From Stramenopiles sp. TOSAG23-3 (lineage: Eukaryota): a stretch of DNA of 55,419 nucleotides. Below are positions 32,789 through 44,195 of the stretch, in pieces. Positions within the stretch are counted from its first letter, which is position 1. Each line of letters opens with the position of its first letter. The notes under the pieces are model-generated. The model saw only the letters and a list, made by a program, of their open reading frames with translations, searched no databases and was not told where the DNA came from. The stretch lies in the NCBI GenBank assembly GCA_900128585.1, contig LT642157.1, positions 1-55,419 of the forward strand, given 5' to 3'. Made by a program: the position numbers and the translations under genes.

Positions 32789-33299
32789 ATTGCTTTCGTC
32801 GCCTTCAAAAAAACAAGAGGGAAAAAAAAAACAAAAGAGAATAGTACAGCCGTTCCGAACTTGTAAATTCACGTCAGGAGTCTCCACACATTTTTCATTT
32901 TTATCTCTACGACGGTATACTTGTTAATCACAACTATTCACATATGTTTTCGAATATCTTTTTTGTTGTCTTATATAATAATATAATACAGGTAAACAAC
33001 AAGAAGAGGACGGACGAACGATAAAATTAATATAATTGGTGGTTGGTGGTAAAAGAAATACAATGAGGACAGCAGAGAGAAGAAGAGGAAGACGAATCAA
33101 TTTCTTAGTTATTATTAGTGTGTATTTGTATAATGTTGTATAATACCATACGTACCGATATATCTTGTAAGGTGTAGTAAAAGGAAGAACATTACCATCA
33201 TATACGAATTGGACCTCTGGGTACTGGTAAAATTGTTTGAAAGTTGGCCCAGCTGCTTAAATACACATTCTCCATGAATGGTTGTTTGCAGCAACACGC

Positions 33300-36200
33300 T
33301 TAATTTGATGACTGCAAAGGCCTTCTGGACTTCTTTTTCTTCTTTGCACTTTTTGCTTGGAGCGCCTTAGCTTTTGCGGCATCCCGGGCTTGCTCTTCCT
33401 TCTCGCTTTGGTCCAGTGGTGTGGTCCGTCGCACGGTCGACATCCCGTCGACGAATTTCGTGCGGAACAAGCAATTGGCATTGTTGAACATCCCTTCTTT
33501 CAACGAAACGACGACAAACTGCGAGTTTGTAAAATGCTTGCGGAGCATAATCCCTATATTTTGAGTATGCGACAAGTCAAGCGCGGCATCGACTTCGTCC
33601 AATATGTACATTGGGGCTGGTTTGAATCGCAGCAACGCCAAGATCAAGGACAGGGCTACCAAAGAGCGCTGCCCCCCACTAAGTTCGGACAGGCTGTCTT
33701 TCCAAACACCGCTGAACGCAACCCGTACTTGGACACCATCGATAACGCTTTTGCCTTCCATCGGTTCCAGCTTTGCAGTGGTTCCCGGCAAAAGTGTGGA
33801 AAATATTGAACCAAAGTCCTTCGTGACCTGTTCCCATGTCTTCTCGATCGCAGTCTTCTTCTTCACGTCCAAGGAAGAAATGACGTCCTCAATCTTGTGC
33901 TTGTCGTCTGAAAGGCTACGTTTCTTTGCGATAAGCTCTTTGTACTCTTTTTCTGCCCGTTCAATCATTCCCATGACTTTTCGGTTTATTTTTTTCTCGA
34001 GCATTTCCTGGGTCGCCTTTAGCTCTGCCATGTTCTGCTTCACTTTGCGCGCATTTCTCGCCTCAAAGTCGTAGTCTGAACCAATTTCGCCAAAAAATTC
34101 CTTTTCCGTTTCAATCCAGTTGTACGTACCCTCCATCGCTTTCACGCGAGCCGTCACCTTTTCAAAGTCACGATCGAAGCCTTTCAGTTTGTGCTCGTGA
34201 CCGTTCTGTTCCATGTTCAACTTTTCCAGCGCCTTGTCGTTTGCGTTGAGGGACTTCATGTTGGATTTCAACTCACGGTCGCATTCTGCGAGGGCAGCTT
34301 TCTTTTCCTCTACCTGGACGCGAGCTTCCTCGTATGATTTCTTTCGCTCTTCCACGGTGCTCTCCATTTCAGTTACTTTCTCTCGCATCTGTGTGATTTC
34401 TTCTTGCTGGTTTTGGACTTGTTCCTCCGTCTCGGCCATGTCAGCTTTCAGCTGTTCAATTTCAATGGTCACCCGCTGCACTTGGTCCTGCGCCTTCCCG
34501 AACACCTTGGTTGCGGCCTTCAGCTCAGCTTTGAAAGACTTGATGGCACTCTCCTTCTCCTTCATCTTTTTCTCCCGTACAGCATTGAACTCTTGGATTT
34601 CGCGTTTCAGGGAGGTCGCTCGCTCCTTTGCCGCCTGTCCGTGCTCCTTTGCTTCGTCAAGCTCGCTCTGGGCTTTTGACAACGCTGCTTCAAGCTCGCC
34701 TTGGCGGCTTTGCAGTTGCCCCAATTTACTGTGGCCTAAGCGCTCCTTCAAAATTTGAAGTTTGTGAGACTCTACTTCTAGCTGTTGGGCTTTCGCGGCG
34801 AACTTTTTGTTCATTGCCGACAGCTTCTTGAGCTCCTGTCGGTTGGCGGTGATGCCCGTGTCAAGAGCAGAAAGTTTTTGGCGCATCTCGTTCAACGCAG
34901 TGATGTGATGCAAGATCGATTGCTGCGATGCTCGGGAGCCCCCAGAGAGAGTCCCGGCGGGATCGTATACGTCCCCCTCGATCGTTACGGTCTTCAATCG
35001 TATGGCGTCGTTAAAGGTGACCTTTTCCGCAGTTTTGGCATCCCGGCACACCAGTGTTGTCCCGAAAACGTGGGCCATGGCCGCCTCTACCTCTTCCGGG
35101 TAACCTACCAAGTTTATTGCCGTGGTGACCTCGCCCATGGATTCGGCAAGTTTCACTTTCGCTGCTGGCAACGTTTTTCGGGCGATCTTGTTCAACGGAA
35201 TAATGGTCACCCGCTTCTTCAGGCGCCCTTTTTGCAAGACAGCTTTTGCAGTTGCTTCGGTGTCGACAACCACGTTGTAGAGTTTGCCGCCCGCGGTAAC
35301 CTCTAACGCAGTCGAGTACTCGGGGGACTTCACGCTCAGCAGGTTTGCCACGACGCCTTTGACGGATGACCTGTCGAATTTTTTGTAGGGAGTGGAGTAG
35401 TTGAACGCTAACCTGTTTTCCACACGGGACCACATGTTGTCAACCTTCTCGCGAAGAATAGAAGCTTCGTGCTCGTCCTTCTCTAGCTGGTCCATGAGCT
35501 CGTTCTCCCGGGCTTCGTCGAAACCACTCCCAGAGACTTCAGCTTCCAATTTGGTCACAAGCTTCGTTTTTTTCTCAAGTTCCACAGTCAGCGAGGATCC
35601 CTGCTTTTGTTCCTTTGCGAGGGCTTTGGTGTTCGTGTCGGCCTCTTTTCGAGCATGTTTGATCTGTTTTTCGCAAACCTTAACGGTGGTTGCGGCGTCG
35701 CTCGCCTCTTGCTCGGCAACCGACAGCTGCTCGGCAAGGGAAGACGTCTGCCCCTCGGTTTCTGCCATTCCTGCAGAGAGCGCCTGCAGTTGACGTTCAG
35801 CCTCATCGACCTGTGCTTGCTTCTCTTTCACGGCCATGCCGGCACTGACCTCTGCTTCTTTGCTCGATTCTAGCTTCTGCGTCGCGGCTTCTACAGCCTT
35901 TAAGTTGTCTTCTGCAACCTGCTTTTGCTCCAGCAAGGACGTTTCCTCCTTTTCAAGGGTCGCCAGCTGATTCTTCCAGACCGTGTTGGCTTTTACCAGC
36001 TCCTTTGAGAAGTCCTCCTCTTGCTTGGTTAGCTTCTTGAAATCCCCCTCGATCTCTTCATCGCGCTTTGCCGTCAGCTGTTGAATTTTCTCACGCGTCT
36101 CGTCCATCTTTTCGTTCAACCCCCGGATTTTTTCTTGCACAGCGCTCAGAAGCACCGTAATTTGCTCGCGCTCGACCTTCTTTTCTTCCAGCGCTTCCAC

Positions 36201-36926
36201 GGCCAGGGAATAATCAAACGCGATAACGAATCGCTCATCGCGCTTGAACTGTTGGTTGTTTTTGGACCACTCCTGGTACTGATCTCGTTGGTCTTTCAGC
36301 TTCTTCATGTTGGGCGTGATGTCTTCCATCAGGATCCGGTCAATTTCTTTGACTTTGTCCTCTTTCTTTCCCATGGTACGCACGGAAGCATTCTTCTTGT
36401 CCTCAAACATGCGCGTCCCGGCGGCTTCCTCCAGCAAGCCCAGAATTTCTTGGGGGTTCATGTTTAAAACCTTCGTAATGCGCCCTTGCATAATAAGGAA
36501 GTGCGGGTTGTGAATGTTCAGCCCAACGGAATGAAACATGGTCTGCACCTGCTTTTGCTGCGCATTGTGACCGTTGATCATGTACTTGTTCTTCCCCCCA
36601 ATAACGATTTGCCTGCAAACGGTAATTTCTTTAAAGTCCTCGTAACCAATGGGGCTTCCTTTCGGGTCGCTGTTATCAAAAACGATGGTAACGCTAGCCT
36701 TGGTGATGCCAGCTTGGCCGTTCTTGTAAACTAAACCCTGCAAACTCTCAACGCGCACCTGTGCAAGCTTGCTGATCCCCAAAACGAAGCATATGGAGTC
36801 GAGAACGTTACTTTTACCGCTGCCGTTCAAGCCTGTAATCGCGTTAAAGCGTTTGTCGAACGGCCCGACCACCGTGCGGCGGGCGTACGATTTAAACCCG
36901 TCTAGAATGACCTGTTTGATATGCAT
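33300..36926 (-). CDS. SMC2: Structural maintenance of chromosomes protein 2 (condensin subunit, 1208 aa)
   Basis: GFKSY, Walker A GLNGSGKSN, NPHFLIMQGRITKVLNM, hinge, LSGGQRSL, Walker B YILDEVDAALDLSHTQNIG, TKFVDGMSTV. Confidence 0.98.
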   Translation of the reverse strand: MHIKQVILDGFKSYARRTVVGPFDKRFNAITGLNGSGKSNVLDSICFVLGISKLAQVRVESLQGLVYKNGQAGITKASVTIVFDNSDPKGSPIGYEDFKEITVCRQIVIGGKNKYMINGHNAQQKQVQTMFHSVGLNIHNPHFLIMQGRITKVLNMNPQEILGLLEEAAGTRMFEDKKNASVRTMGKKEDKVKEIDRILMEDITPNMKKLKDQRDQYQEWSKNNQQFKRDERFVIAFDYSLAVEALEEKKVEREQITVLLSAVQEKIRGLNEKMDETREKIQQLTAKRDEEIEGDFKKLTKQEEDFSKELVKANTVWKNQLATLEKEETSLLEQKQVAEDNLKAVEAATQKLESSKEAEVSAGMAVKEKQAQVDEAERQLQALSAGMAETEGQTSSLAEQLSVAEQEASDAATTVKVCEKQIKHARKEADTNTKALAKEQKQGSSLTVELEKKTKLVTKLEAEVSGSGFDEARENELMDQLEKDEHEASILREKVDNMWSRVENRLAFNYSTPYKKFDRSSVKGVVANLLSVKSPEYSTALEVTAGGKLYNVVVDTEATAKAVLQKGRLKKRVTIIPLNKIARKTLPAAKVKLAESMGEVTTAINLVGYPEEVEAAMAHVFGTTLVCRDAKTAEKVTFNDAIRLKTVTIEGDVYDPAGTLSGGSRASQQSILHHITALNEMRQKLSALDTGITANRQELKKLSAMNKKFAAKAQQLEVESHKLQILKERLGHSKLGQLQSRQGELEAALSKAQSELDEAKEHGQAAKERATSLKREIQEFNAVREKKMKEKESAIKSFKAELKAATKVFGKAQDQVQRVTIEIEQLKADMAETEEQVQNQQEEITQMREKVTEMESTVEERKKSYEEARVQVEEKKAALAECDRELKSNMKSLNANDKALEKLNMEQNGHEHKLKGFDRDFEKVTARVKAMEGTYNWIETEKEFFGEIGSDYDFEARNARKVKQNMAELKATQEMLEKKINRKVMGMIERAEKEYKELIAKKRSLSDDKHKIEDVISSLDVKKKTAIEKTWEQVTKDFGSIFSTLLPGTTAKLEPMEGKSVIDGVQVRVAFSGVWKDSLSELSGGQRSLVALSLILALLRFKPAPMYILDEVDAALDLSHTQNIGIMLRKHFTNSQFVVVSLKEGMFNNANCLFRTKFVDGMSTVRRTTPLDQSEKEEQARDAAKAKALQAKSAKKKKKSRRPLQSSN

Positions 36927-37656
36927 GCTTGTCTTTCAGAAATATAAAGTAAAGTTAGCCTTTTCGTGTAGTACTTTTTGAAACGAATGGATACGAAAAA
37001 CAATTCTTTTTGTTTGTTTGTTCGATGTTTGAATGAGTGGATGACCATTCTTTCAATTCCTTTTAATCGTTTCATCAACAATATTACTAACAATTCTTTC
37101 TTCGTCCTTTGTGTAATGTTTCATTTTAATAATAAAAAAAATGATGAGAGAGATAAAAAAAAATAATAATAATAATAAAAAAAAGAGAAAAAAAAACACA
37201 ACAAAAAATATTTTAACAGTCTTCTTTTCCATGGTATGTTCCTGTTATTTATTTTTAATTTAATAAATAATAAAAATAATCTATTTTATATTTTTTTTTA
37301 ATTATATTTTTTATTTATTTTCTTTCGCGATGAATGAAATAATAGAAGAAGATGATAGTTTGCCCCCATCTTCGAGGATTACAAATTAACAGGTCACAGC
37401 AGAGATTCAAACGATTGAGTTTGTTATTTTTTTATAACGGCGATTCTCCCATTTTCCTGTTCTGGTAATGATGTGATTGAAGTGTATGCTATTCAATGTA
37501 TTCAATTTAAATGTGGGATTTTGGAATATATTGATGATGAAGCGAAGAGAGGGCGAAGAGCGAAATTCTTCATTCTTCTTCATTCTTCTTCNNNNNNNNN
37601 NNNNNNNNNNNNNNNNNNNNNNNNNNNNNNNNNNNNNNNNNNNNNNNNNNNNNNNN

Positions 37657-37732
37657 CTTCTTCCTTCTTCCTTCTTCCTTCTTCCTTCTTCCTTCTTCCT
37701 TCTTCCTTCTTCCTTCTTCCTTCTTCCTTCTT
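37657..37732 (+). repeat. Heptamer tandem repeat (CTTCTTC)n next to a gap
   Basis: About 11 units visible; CATTCTTCTT units on the other side of the gap. Confidence 0.95.
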
Positions 37733-38531
37733 CCTCCTTCTGGGGCTTCATTCTTCATCAGGAAATACTTCAAAAAGTATTAATATAAAACCTCGTGATA
37801 GTGTAATATTAAAACATAAATATAGGTATAATTAAAACAAATATACAATAATGAAGTATAAATATTTCATAATATTTATTAGAATTATACTTGTATAACA
37901 ATAGAAGTATAATGTATATAGATAAAAATTAACGCACAATGGTTACGTAAACTCGTAATCTTCCAAAGGACACAGCAGCCAAATAGCGCAACCAAAAAAA
38001 CGCATGTTGCAGAGCATTGTGTCTGCGAGTAAGGTATTAAGTACAGGATTATATTTAACACGAAATGATATCATTATTATGATATACAATTGAAAACATA
38101 CATTTTCTTTTTTGTGATAATATCCTTTAAATTGTTTATTAAAAAAAACGAATAAAAAAAAGGAGGCGGCAGCATTTTGAACTGCTAGACAGTTTTTAGA
38201 TTACATAAGCGCAGCAGGGGAGAGAGCAGCATTTTTTTTCTTATTATTTTTTTAATTGTGTGTTGTTGTAGTGTACAGTAGTAGAAAGGAAGAAGATCAA
38301 CAAATGTGCGTTGGGTTGTTTGGAAAAAAACGCGCAGAGAAAGGTGTATATGATGTTGACAAACGCGGGAAACAAAAGCTTGTTGTTTGCACAGTACCAC
38401 CCACAGTCCAAAGACACGGCTTGAAAACCGGTATTATTCGTTGTTGTGAACACCGTTGGCAGCTCTGTACAAACTAAATCCAGAAACATCAGTTTGTAGT
38501 GAGTGACGGCCTTACTCTCTCTAGTAGAGCA

Positions 38532-38906
38532 ATGAGTATCCGGCGTCAAAGAACACACTGGACAGGGAAAAGCAATAGGCAGAGGGCGAAAAAATACCCA
38601 GAGGTTGATGAAATGGAAGTCGAGCGTATGAAAGGAGATTTAAAAATATCTGATCAAGATTTTGCTGCCACCAATAATGGGTGGGCGAAATCCATAAAAA
38701 TATTTGAAGAGCCCAGCATCATAAGAACCCGCTTGGGTGGAACCCTGTTTCGCCCCTTAAGTCGGTGCGACTCAAAGCAGTACATTGATGTCCTGGAAGA
38801 GAACCTCGCGGAACGAACGAAAACAACATTTGTACAGCCAAACTGGACGAACGACCAACCACGAATGGGCATCCCTCATGTTCCGGAAGTCACGTCGTCT
38901 CATTGA
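38532..38906 (+). CDS. Hypothetical protein (124 aa)
   Basis: ATG at 38532 (MSIRRQRTHW); coding-like composition amid AT-rich DNA; no recognised domain. Confidence 0.6.
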   Translation: MSIRRQRTHWTGKSNRQRAKKYPEVDEMEVERMKGDLKISDQDFAATNNGWAKSIKIFEEPSIIRTRLGGTLFRPLSRCDSKQYIDVLEENLAERTKTTFVQPNWTNDQPRMGIPHVPEVTSSH

Positions 38907-39755
38907 AAAATTGCATTGTCTGCTGCTGTTGGTGTGTGTACACACACACATACATTATTTGAATAAAAACCCCTTTACAGTGACTTGTAATGTTACGTTC
39001 GTAGTTATTTTTCATCACTTGTGTACAAACTCGCGTAATAAATTACGAAAAACACTGTTTTTTAAGTTTGATACATATTATTCACTTTTATTTTCTTCAA
39101 ATAATTGAGCAATATAACAATAAAGCACTCTGAAGCAATTCAATCATTACATATTTACTTATTAAATACCATAATAAAAATTATACTAAATATAGATAAT
39201 TACGTATGACGTATAATGTACTGTATGTAAATAATACAATCAATACAATATACATCCAATAGCATTGTGTGAGTTGAATGAGGAATGGCAAGTTCTTTTT
39301 ATGAATTAAAAATTTCAATAAAAGTGGGGGGACAGCCGAACAAGAAGCTCAGGAAGGCGATAGAAAGGATTTCATCTGTTTGATAATTAAGGATATACCT
39401 ATTTATAACTATATATATTTTATGAGATTTTAAATAAAAATATATTGACGAAATGAAACAATTTATTATTCTCTTATAATATATATTCCTTATTTTATAT
39501 GATACAAAAACGTCATAATATTTATTTTACATATACATAGCATTAATATTTATCAGTGATGTTTATGGATAACATTGAATAGGAAGAACAATTCTGGCAA
39601 ATGTTGAATCAGTTGGATTATGTTTTGCACGCGGTGTGGCACACGTAGGAATGGAAGGAAAGCGTTGTGGGTTTCATTTTGCATTCAACTCCTAGTCAAA
39701 AGCCAAGAGGCACGGATTGAACGTACTTTATTTATACGCTTTAATTGTGTAAGGA

Positions 39756-40430
39756 ATGAAGCGTGCGTTATATTTGCTTACTGTGGCGGTTGCTGTGGGT
39801 AGCACGAGGGGAAGTGTGCTTCGTGGCGCAGAAAAACCGGTCAGCCAATTGTCAGATGAAGAACTAGGGATTAAAATCGGGGACTTGACTCCTACGAAAT
39901 TGCAAATGTACAAGAAACGAATGATTGAATTGAAGGGGTCATTGGATACACTTATGGCGAGGCAAACCAGGTTGAACGTTGAATACGAAACTTTATTGAA
40001 AACCGAGGGAAGAGACCGTGACTTGAAGCGCCAAGTGCGGGGCATGGTCGCTCGTTCGGTACTGAAAGGTATGGCGTCATTAACTGACGATAGATCAGCT
40101 CATGTGAAAGAAATTGTTGACGAGGCCGTCGAACAGATGAAAAAAGACCATAATATTGCCTTGCCGCACCCGGACAAGCCAGAAGAGCGAGATGCCGCGC
40201 CAAAGAAGTCTGCAACCGGCTCTGAATCAAAACGGCAAAATAGCGATACAACACGACTAGAGAAAGACAGCGACGAGGCTGCCAGTGGCCCCGCCGGCCA
40301 AGATGCCAGTGGCCCCTCCGGCCAAGATGCCAGTGGCCCTGAATCCTCGGGAAGTAGTGGTCCAAGCGGGAACAGCGAATCGAGCGGGAGCAGTGGCCCC
40401 AGCGAGGACATAAGTAAGGGAAGTCAATAG
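39756..40430 (+). CDS. Secreted coiled-coil protein with Ser-Gly-Pro repeat tail (224 aa)
   Basis: Signal peptide MKRALYLLTVAVAVGS; helical core; 24-bp tandem units at 40281/40305/40329 encoding ASGP[AS]GQD; ESSGSSGPS twice. Confidence 0.85.
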   Translation: MKRALYLLTVAVAVGSTRGSVLRGAEKPVSQLSDEELGIKIGDLTPTKLQMYKKRMIELKGSLDTLMARQTRLNVEYETLLKTEGRDRDLKRQVRGMVARSVLKGMASLTDDRSAHVKEIVDEAVEQMKKDHNIALPHPDKPEERDAAPKKSATGSESKRQNSDTTRLEKDSDEAASGPAGQDASGPSGQDASGPESSGSSGPSGNSESSGSSGPSEDISKGSQ

Positions 40431-40837
40431 CACTCCAAATTGCACCCAATAAAAATGCAGTATCAGAACAAAAACAAAAACGGCCAAACCGAGCACGACG
40501 CCCCCAAACCAAGCTCCTTTAACGACGAACGCCTCCAACACAGCAACAGAGAGCACTTTCTCGGCATGCCCGTACAATGTCCGCGCACACCACACGCTTA
40601 CGCACCAATTGCAATACGAACTACTCCAAACGTGAGATCTGAACGAACCAACGAACAATGGTTTTAAACCTGCTTAATCGTACGATTTTCAGTAGACCAC
40701 GGACATGTTAACGACGTTCAATCTTTTCATAGATAGCTAAGGAATGTAGTAGTCATAAACATACATAAAAACAAGAAAATTGGCTGTTATTTAAGTAATT
40801 AAATTTACGGCTATAAATAATTTGTTTTTACATATTT

Positions 40838-41056
40838 TTGGGGATGAAGTGTGTGTTGATTTTCGAGCTGGAAGCATTTTTCAGGACGAAAAATTACAAG
40901 CGTATTGTTCTGAGCACGAGCGAAATGCAGGTGGTGGCGAAGAAAATGTACGCTAAAAATTTCCATTTCGAAGAGGAAAGGTTCCATGATTGGCACGGCA
41001 TAATTCGGATTCATTTTTTCGCGAAAGCGCGTTGCTGTGACAGAGACAAAAAGTAA
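40838..41056 (+). pseudogene. 5'-truncated GNAT acetyltransferase (NAT8/camello-like) fragment
   Basis: LIFELEAFFRTKNYKRIVLSTSEMQVVAKKMYAKNF resembles GNAT motif B (L.F....GY..V.L.T...Q..A..LY...GF); in-frame TAA at 40814, N-terminal half absent. Confidence 0.5.
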
Positions 41057-41289
41057 ACTTTACGCGAGTCCTTCACAAATGAATTAATANNNNNNNNNNN
41101 NNNNNNNNNNNNNNNNNNNNNNNNNNNNNNNNNNNNNTTCTCATATCATATCATATGGCTTATATCATATCATATCATTCTTTTGGCTCAACCTTCGCTG
41201 TGTAATAATTCGTCAATCTTGAGCTTGTTTCCTTGTTTCTTCCGTACTCGTCGTCTTCTAAATAGAATATTTTCAGCAACTCCACTCAC

Positions 41290-42369
41290 CTAATCTGGCG
41301 CTGTGGACATTGGGAGTTGCATGGGGAGAGATTCCTCTCCCTGGGGAGTAGGAGAAAAGGACTGGTGTTCTGGCGACAAGGACACCCTTTTTCTGAACGC
41401 CAGATTGCACAGAGACACATTATTGGCAAAGAAATACTTTTCGTACAAATATTTTACCTGAAAGATTACCGCCAAATGGTATGCTGTGGGAGTCATCAGA
41501 GAAGGGCTGCCTGTTGATCCCGGCAGCCGAATCATTTGAAATGGGACAAGCGGGTAAATGGTCGTCAGGTCGTCTAACGTCGGCGGCCTCAATCCACCTC
41601 GGTGCTGATTTGCTGCAAACAGGTGATCCTCCCATGCTTTTACAAAACGCTTGAAATCCGGGCTTTCCTCTACCGACAAGTTACTTTCGAAGCCCATGTA
41701 GTTGGTTTTGCACTTGGTGAACTGGAGAGCACGTGCTTGCTCGGCCCCAAACGGGGAAATATCCACAGACGATACGGCAGGCGAAAAATCATAAATGTAT
41801 TTAAAAGTCGGCACTTTGGAAGTCTTAAAACGAAGCCTGGTAATCCCATCAACGTCTGTGTAAGTGTCACCTGCAGGTTTCCTTTTTCGAAAAAAACACT
41901 GGACTATGATGCCCACTTTCACTGAAGAACCTGCGACCGACTGGACGTACTCTGCAACCCTCTCTATAGGCTGCGGAGACGAAATCTTCACAAATCCGTT
42001 TAAAAGGGAAATGGTTCTATGGTTACTAAAGTATGAATAGTAGAAATGGCCGAATCGTCCGAAAGCCCAAACAGAAAAGGCTAAGAAACTCGATGTCCCT
42101 TCGCATCGAGGACACTGTCTTAAAGCATCAGCATCGGTACTTTGGCGGGCCCTGCTGAGGCACTGTTCAAGTTCAGCGCCGCACCTACTCTCCTCAGCTG
42201 CAGCTGCAACATACCAAATTACTATAATCCATAACACACTTTCGGCAATAGCGAGTGCCACTCCGTGTCTGAGATAACAATCCCAAGTGCCGGCGCCGAT
42301 GTTTCTTTGTGAACCAGGTTCTTCATAGTGTTTGGTAACTGAAAAACGTAGATAATCGAGCTGCTTCAA
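41290..42369 (-). CDS. TMEM151-like membrane protein, 5' end unresolved
   Basis: Two N-terminal TMs, then VQCF...KVPTF...DF...VDIS...FTK...FAANQHR...P...AYHLAVIF...RKRVS, collinear with TMEM151-type proteins; no in-frame ATG near the 5' end. Confidence 0.6.
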   Translation of the reverse strand: MKQLDYLRFSVTKHYEEPGSQRNIGAGTWDCYLRHGVALAIAESVLWIIVIWYVAAAAEESRCGAELEQCLSRARQSTDADALRQCPRCEGTSSFLAFSVWAFGRFGHFYYSYFSNHRTISLLNGFVKISSPQPIERVAEYVQSVAGSSVKVGIIVQCFFRKRKPAGDTYTDVDGITRLRFKTSKVPTFKYIYDFSPAVSSVDISPFGAEQARALQFTKCKTNYMGFESNLSVEESPDFKRFVKAWEDHLFAANQHRGGLRPPTLDDLTTIYPLVPFQMIRLPGSTGSPSLMTPTAYHLAVIFQVKYLYEKYFFANNVSLCNLAFRKRVSLSPEHQSFSPTPQGEESLPMQLPMSTAPD

Positions 42370-42826
42370 AAAATAATTTATTTTGGAGGTATCAGACGTT
42401 TCTAAAAAATATGAAAGGTTGTGACGACTGACTTCATTTAGCGTTTGAATTTTTTAGGATTATTATAATAATAATAATAATAATCCGACGATGATGAATG
42501 ATGTTGTTTAGCCTACTTCTTATTTCTAAATTACGAAAAACAAAATGAAAAAAAAAAAGAATAATAATATATTGTCATTATTATTATAAAGAAATATAGT
42601 AGGATAGTGTTGTATCTATCAAGCATAGCAACTTTGACAGTTGGGATTCTTTTTTATATTATTATTATTTATACCAAAACCAACAAAACAACCAGCAGTT
42701 CCAAAGTTTTAAACGGAAAAAAAAGTAAAATACAAAAAAAGGAAGAGGGATCTCTAAGAAAAACCTAACGTTTTTATCTTAGTATCTGATCGAAAAGCTT
42801 AACGTTCAAAAAACGCCTGCAAATTG

Positions 42827-43900
42827 ATGCCCATAAACCGTAGGAAGAAAGATTCCTTTTGGTGTTGCTTGACAGTCACCTATGGAACCTTGGGAATTCT
42901 TCTGCTTTACGGGGCTCTTTGGCAGCTCCAGTACGTTGGAAATGACGGCACGATGCTAGGCAAGTCCTGCTGTTTGCCTGAGCGCTGTGACAGGATTCCT
43001 AGCACATTCACAGTAAAGGAGAATTCTATATTTTGCGACTTGACAGAGAAAGACGCCGTTGCCTTTGATACCGGATTGAGAAAAAATTGCAAAGAGGATC
43101 TCCTTTGCATCCGAGAAGAGCAGAAAGAGAGAGAAGAGGAGAAAGAGAAGCCAGAGTATAAAAAGAAAGATAAGGAGGAGAAAAGGGAAGAAGATCAGAA
43201 ATACGATACTGGGAATTGTGGACAGTACGACAGGGGCGACTTTATAAGTCAAAAAATTACCATAGCTGCGTCTATGTATTTGGCAGGGATAGCGATCATT
43301 GTAGTATTCCACAACGTGTTGATAAAGTATGTTGTTAAGTTTGATATATGGGATTATGATGGGCTGTGTTGGGGCTTAATTTTTTTTTCAATCGTTTTGG
43401 CAACCATTGCAACGATTGTCGCCACTATTGTTACTATGGCACGTGGTGGTGCATGGAGCAAACTAGACATCTTCCCCGCAACAAAAACAGTTTTCAACTA
43501 CGATTCGAACGATCCGAACGATTCTGATGAAACCATACAAAATGTTGAATTATGTGACGTCAAGGTGAATGTCAGGGTTAATGTCATCTATTACAAAGAG
43601 ACTCCTCCTGATGGCCCTCCATCACTCTTGTTGATTTTGACAGTCGTAGCCTTGATCATCACCTTCTATACGGACACTATATGGACATGCGATGATTTCT
43701 GCTGCTGCTGCTACGAGGAGGATGAACCACAAGGTGGCAATCGTTCACTGGGGCCTGACGCCGAAGAGGACTGCAAGAAGAAAGACGATGATGGTGTAGC
43801 GGAACTACTTAAGAGCGGCAATCGTTCAGAGGGGCCTGACACCGAAGAGGACCGTAACGCAAATTGCATACAATTGGAATTAGGAAATATGAAGGAATAA
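42827..43900 (+). CDS. Four-TM membrane protein with Cys clusters
   Basis: ATG at 42827; four hydrophobic segments; Cys-rich first loop; CDDFCCCC after the last TM; duplicated GNRSxGPDxEED at 43736 and 43817. Confidence 0.75.
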   Translation: MPINRRKKDSFWCCLTVTYGTLGILLLYGALWQLQYVGNDGTMLGKSCCLPERCDRIPSTFTVKENSIFCDLTEKDAVAFDTGLRKNCKEDLLCIREEQKEREEEKEKPEYKKKDKEEKREEDQKYDTGNCGQYDRGDFISQKITIAASMYLAGIAIIVVFHNVLIKYVVKFDIWDYDGLCWGLIFFSIVLATIATIVATIVTMARGGAWSKLDIFPATKTVFNYDSNDPNDSDETIQNVELCDVKVNVRVNVIYYKETPPDGPPSLLLILTVVALIITFYTDTIWTCDDFCCCCYEEDEPQGGNRSLGPDAEEDCKKKDDDGVAELLKSGNRSEGPDTEEDRNANCIQLELGNMKE

Positions 43901-44049
43901 CGATTTAAATGAGCATCAATATCGAGAGAAATCTTTGGCAATCTCCACTAGAGAAACCACATAGCAGCAGCATACTGCGAGACGCCAACCCGTGCGAGGA
44001 TTCCATGGATGGAAAGTAATTATTACTTTTTTACCACTTGATTTTACTA

Positions 44050-44195
44050 TTCATAGCAGCCCATAACAAATAACAAATACATAACCATATAGTCTAATTT
44101 GTTCCCATTCCTGTGTTCCTTCTATTCTCAATTTATGTCCATTTGATAGACAACATATTTTACAAACTATACTCTTATTTATACTTGTATGTGCG
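44050..44195. repeat. Local dispersed repeat, copy 1
   Basis: Aligns by eye with 45903-45987, 46020-46213 and 47809-47968 (shared TAGYCTAATYYGTTC...CTGTGYT...CTRTTC). Confidence 0.75.

Noticed and set aside
33357..36513. Many antisense ORFs over SMC2, and likewise over HECT and kinesin
   Set aside because: Shadow ORFs caused by codon bias of the real genes
37407..37835. ORFs with RRKKEEG or LLPSSFF repeats
   Set aside because: Translations of the (CTTCTTC)n microsatellite spanning an N gap
38256..38531. In-frame upstream ORF separated from the 38532 gene by a single TAA
   Set aside because: Upstream peptide is not convincingly protein-like; a good ATG exists at 38532
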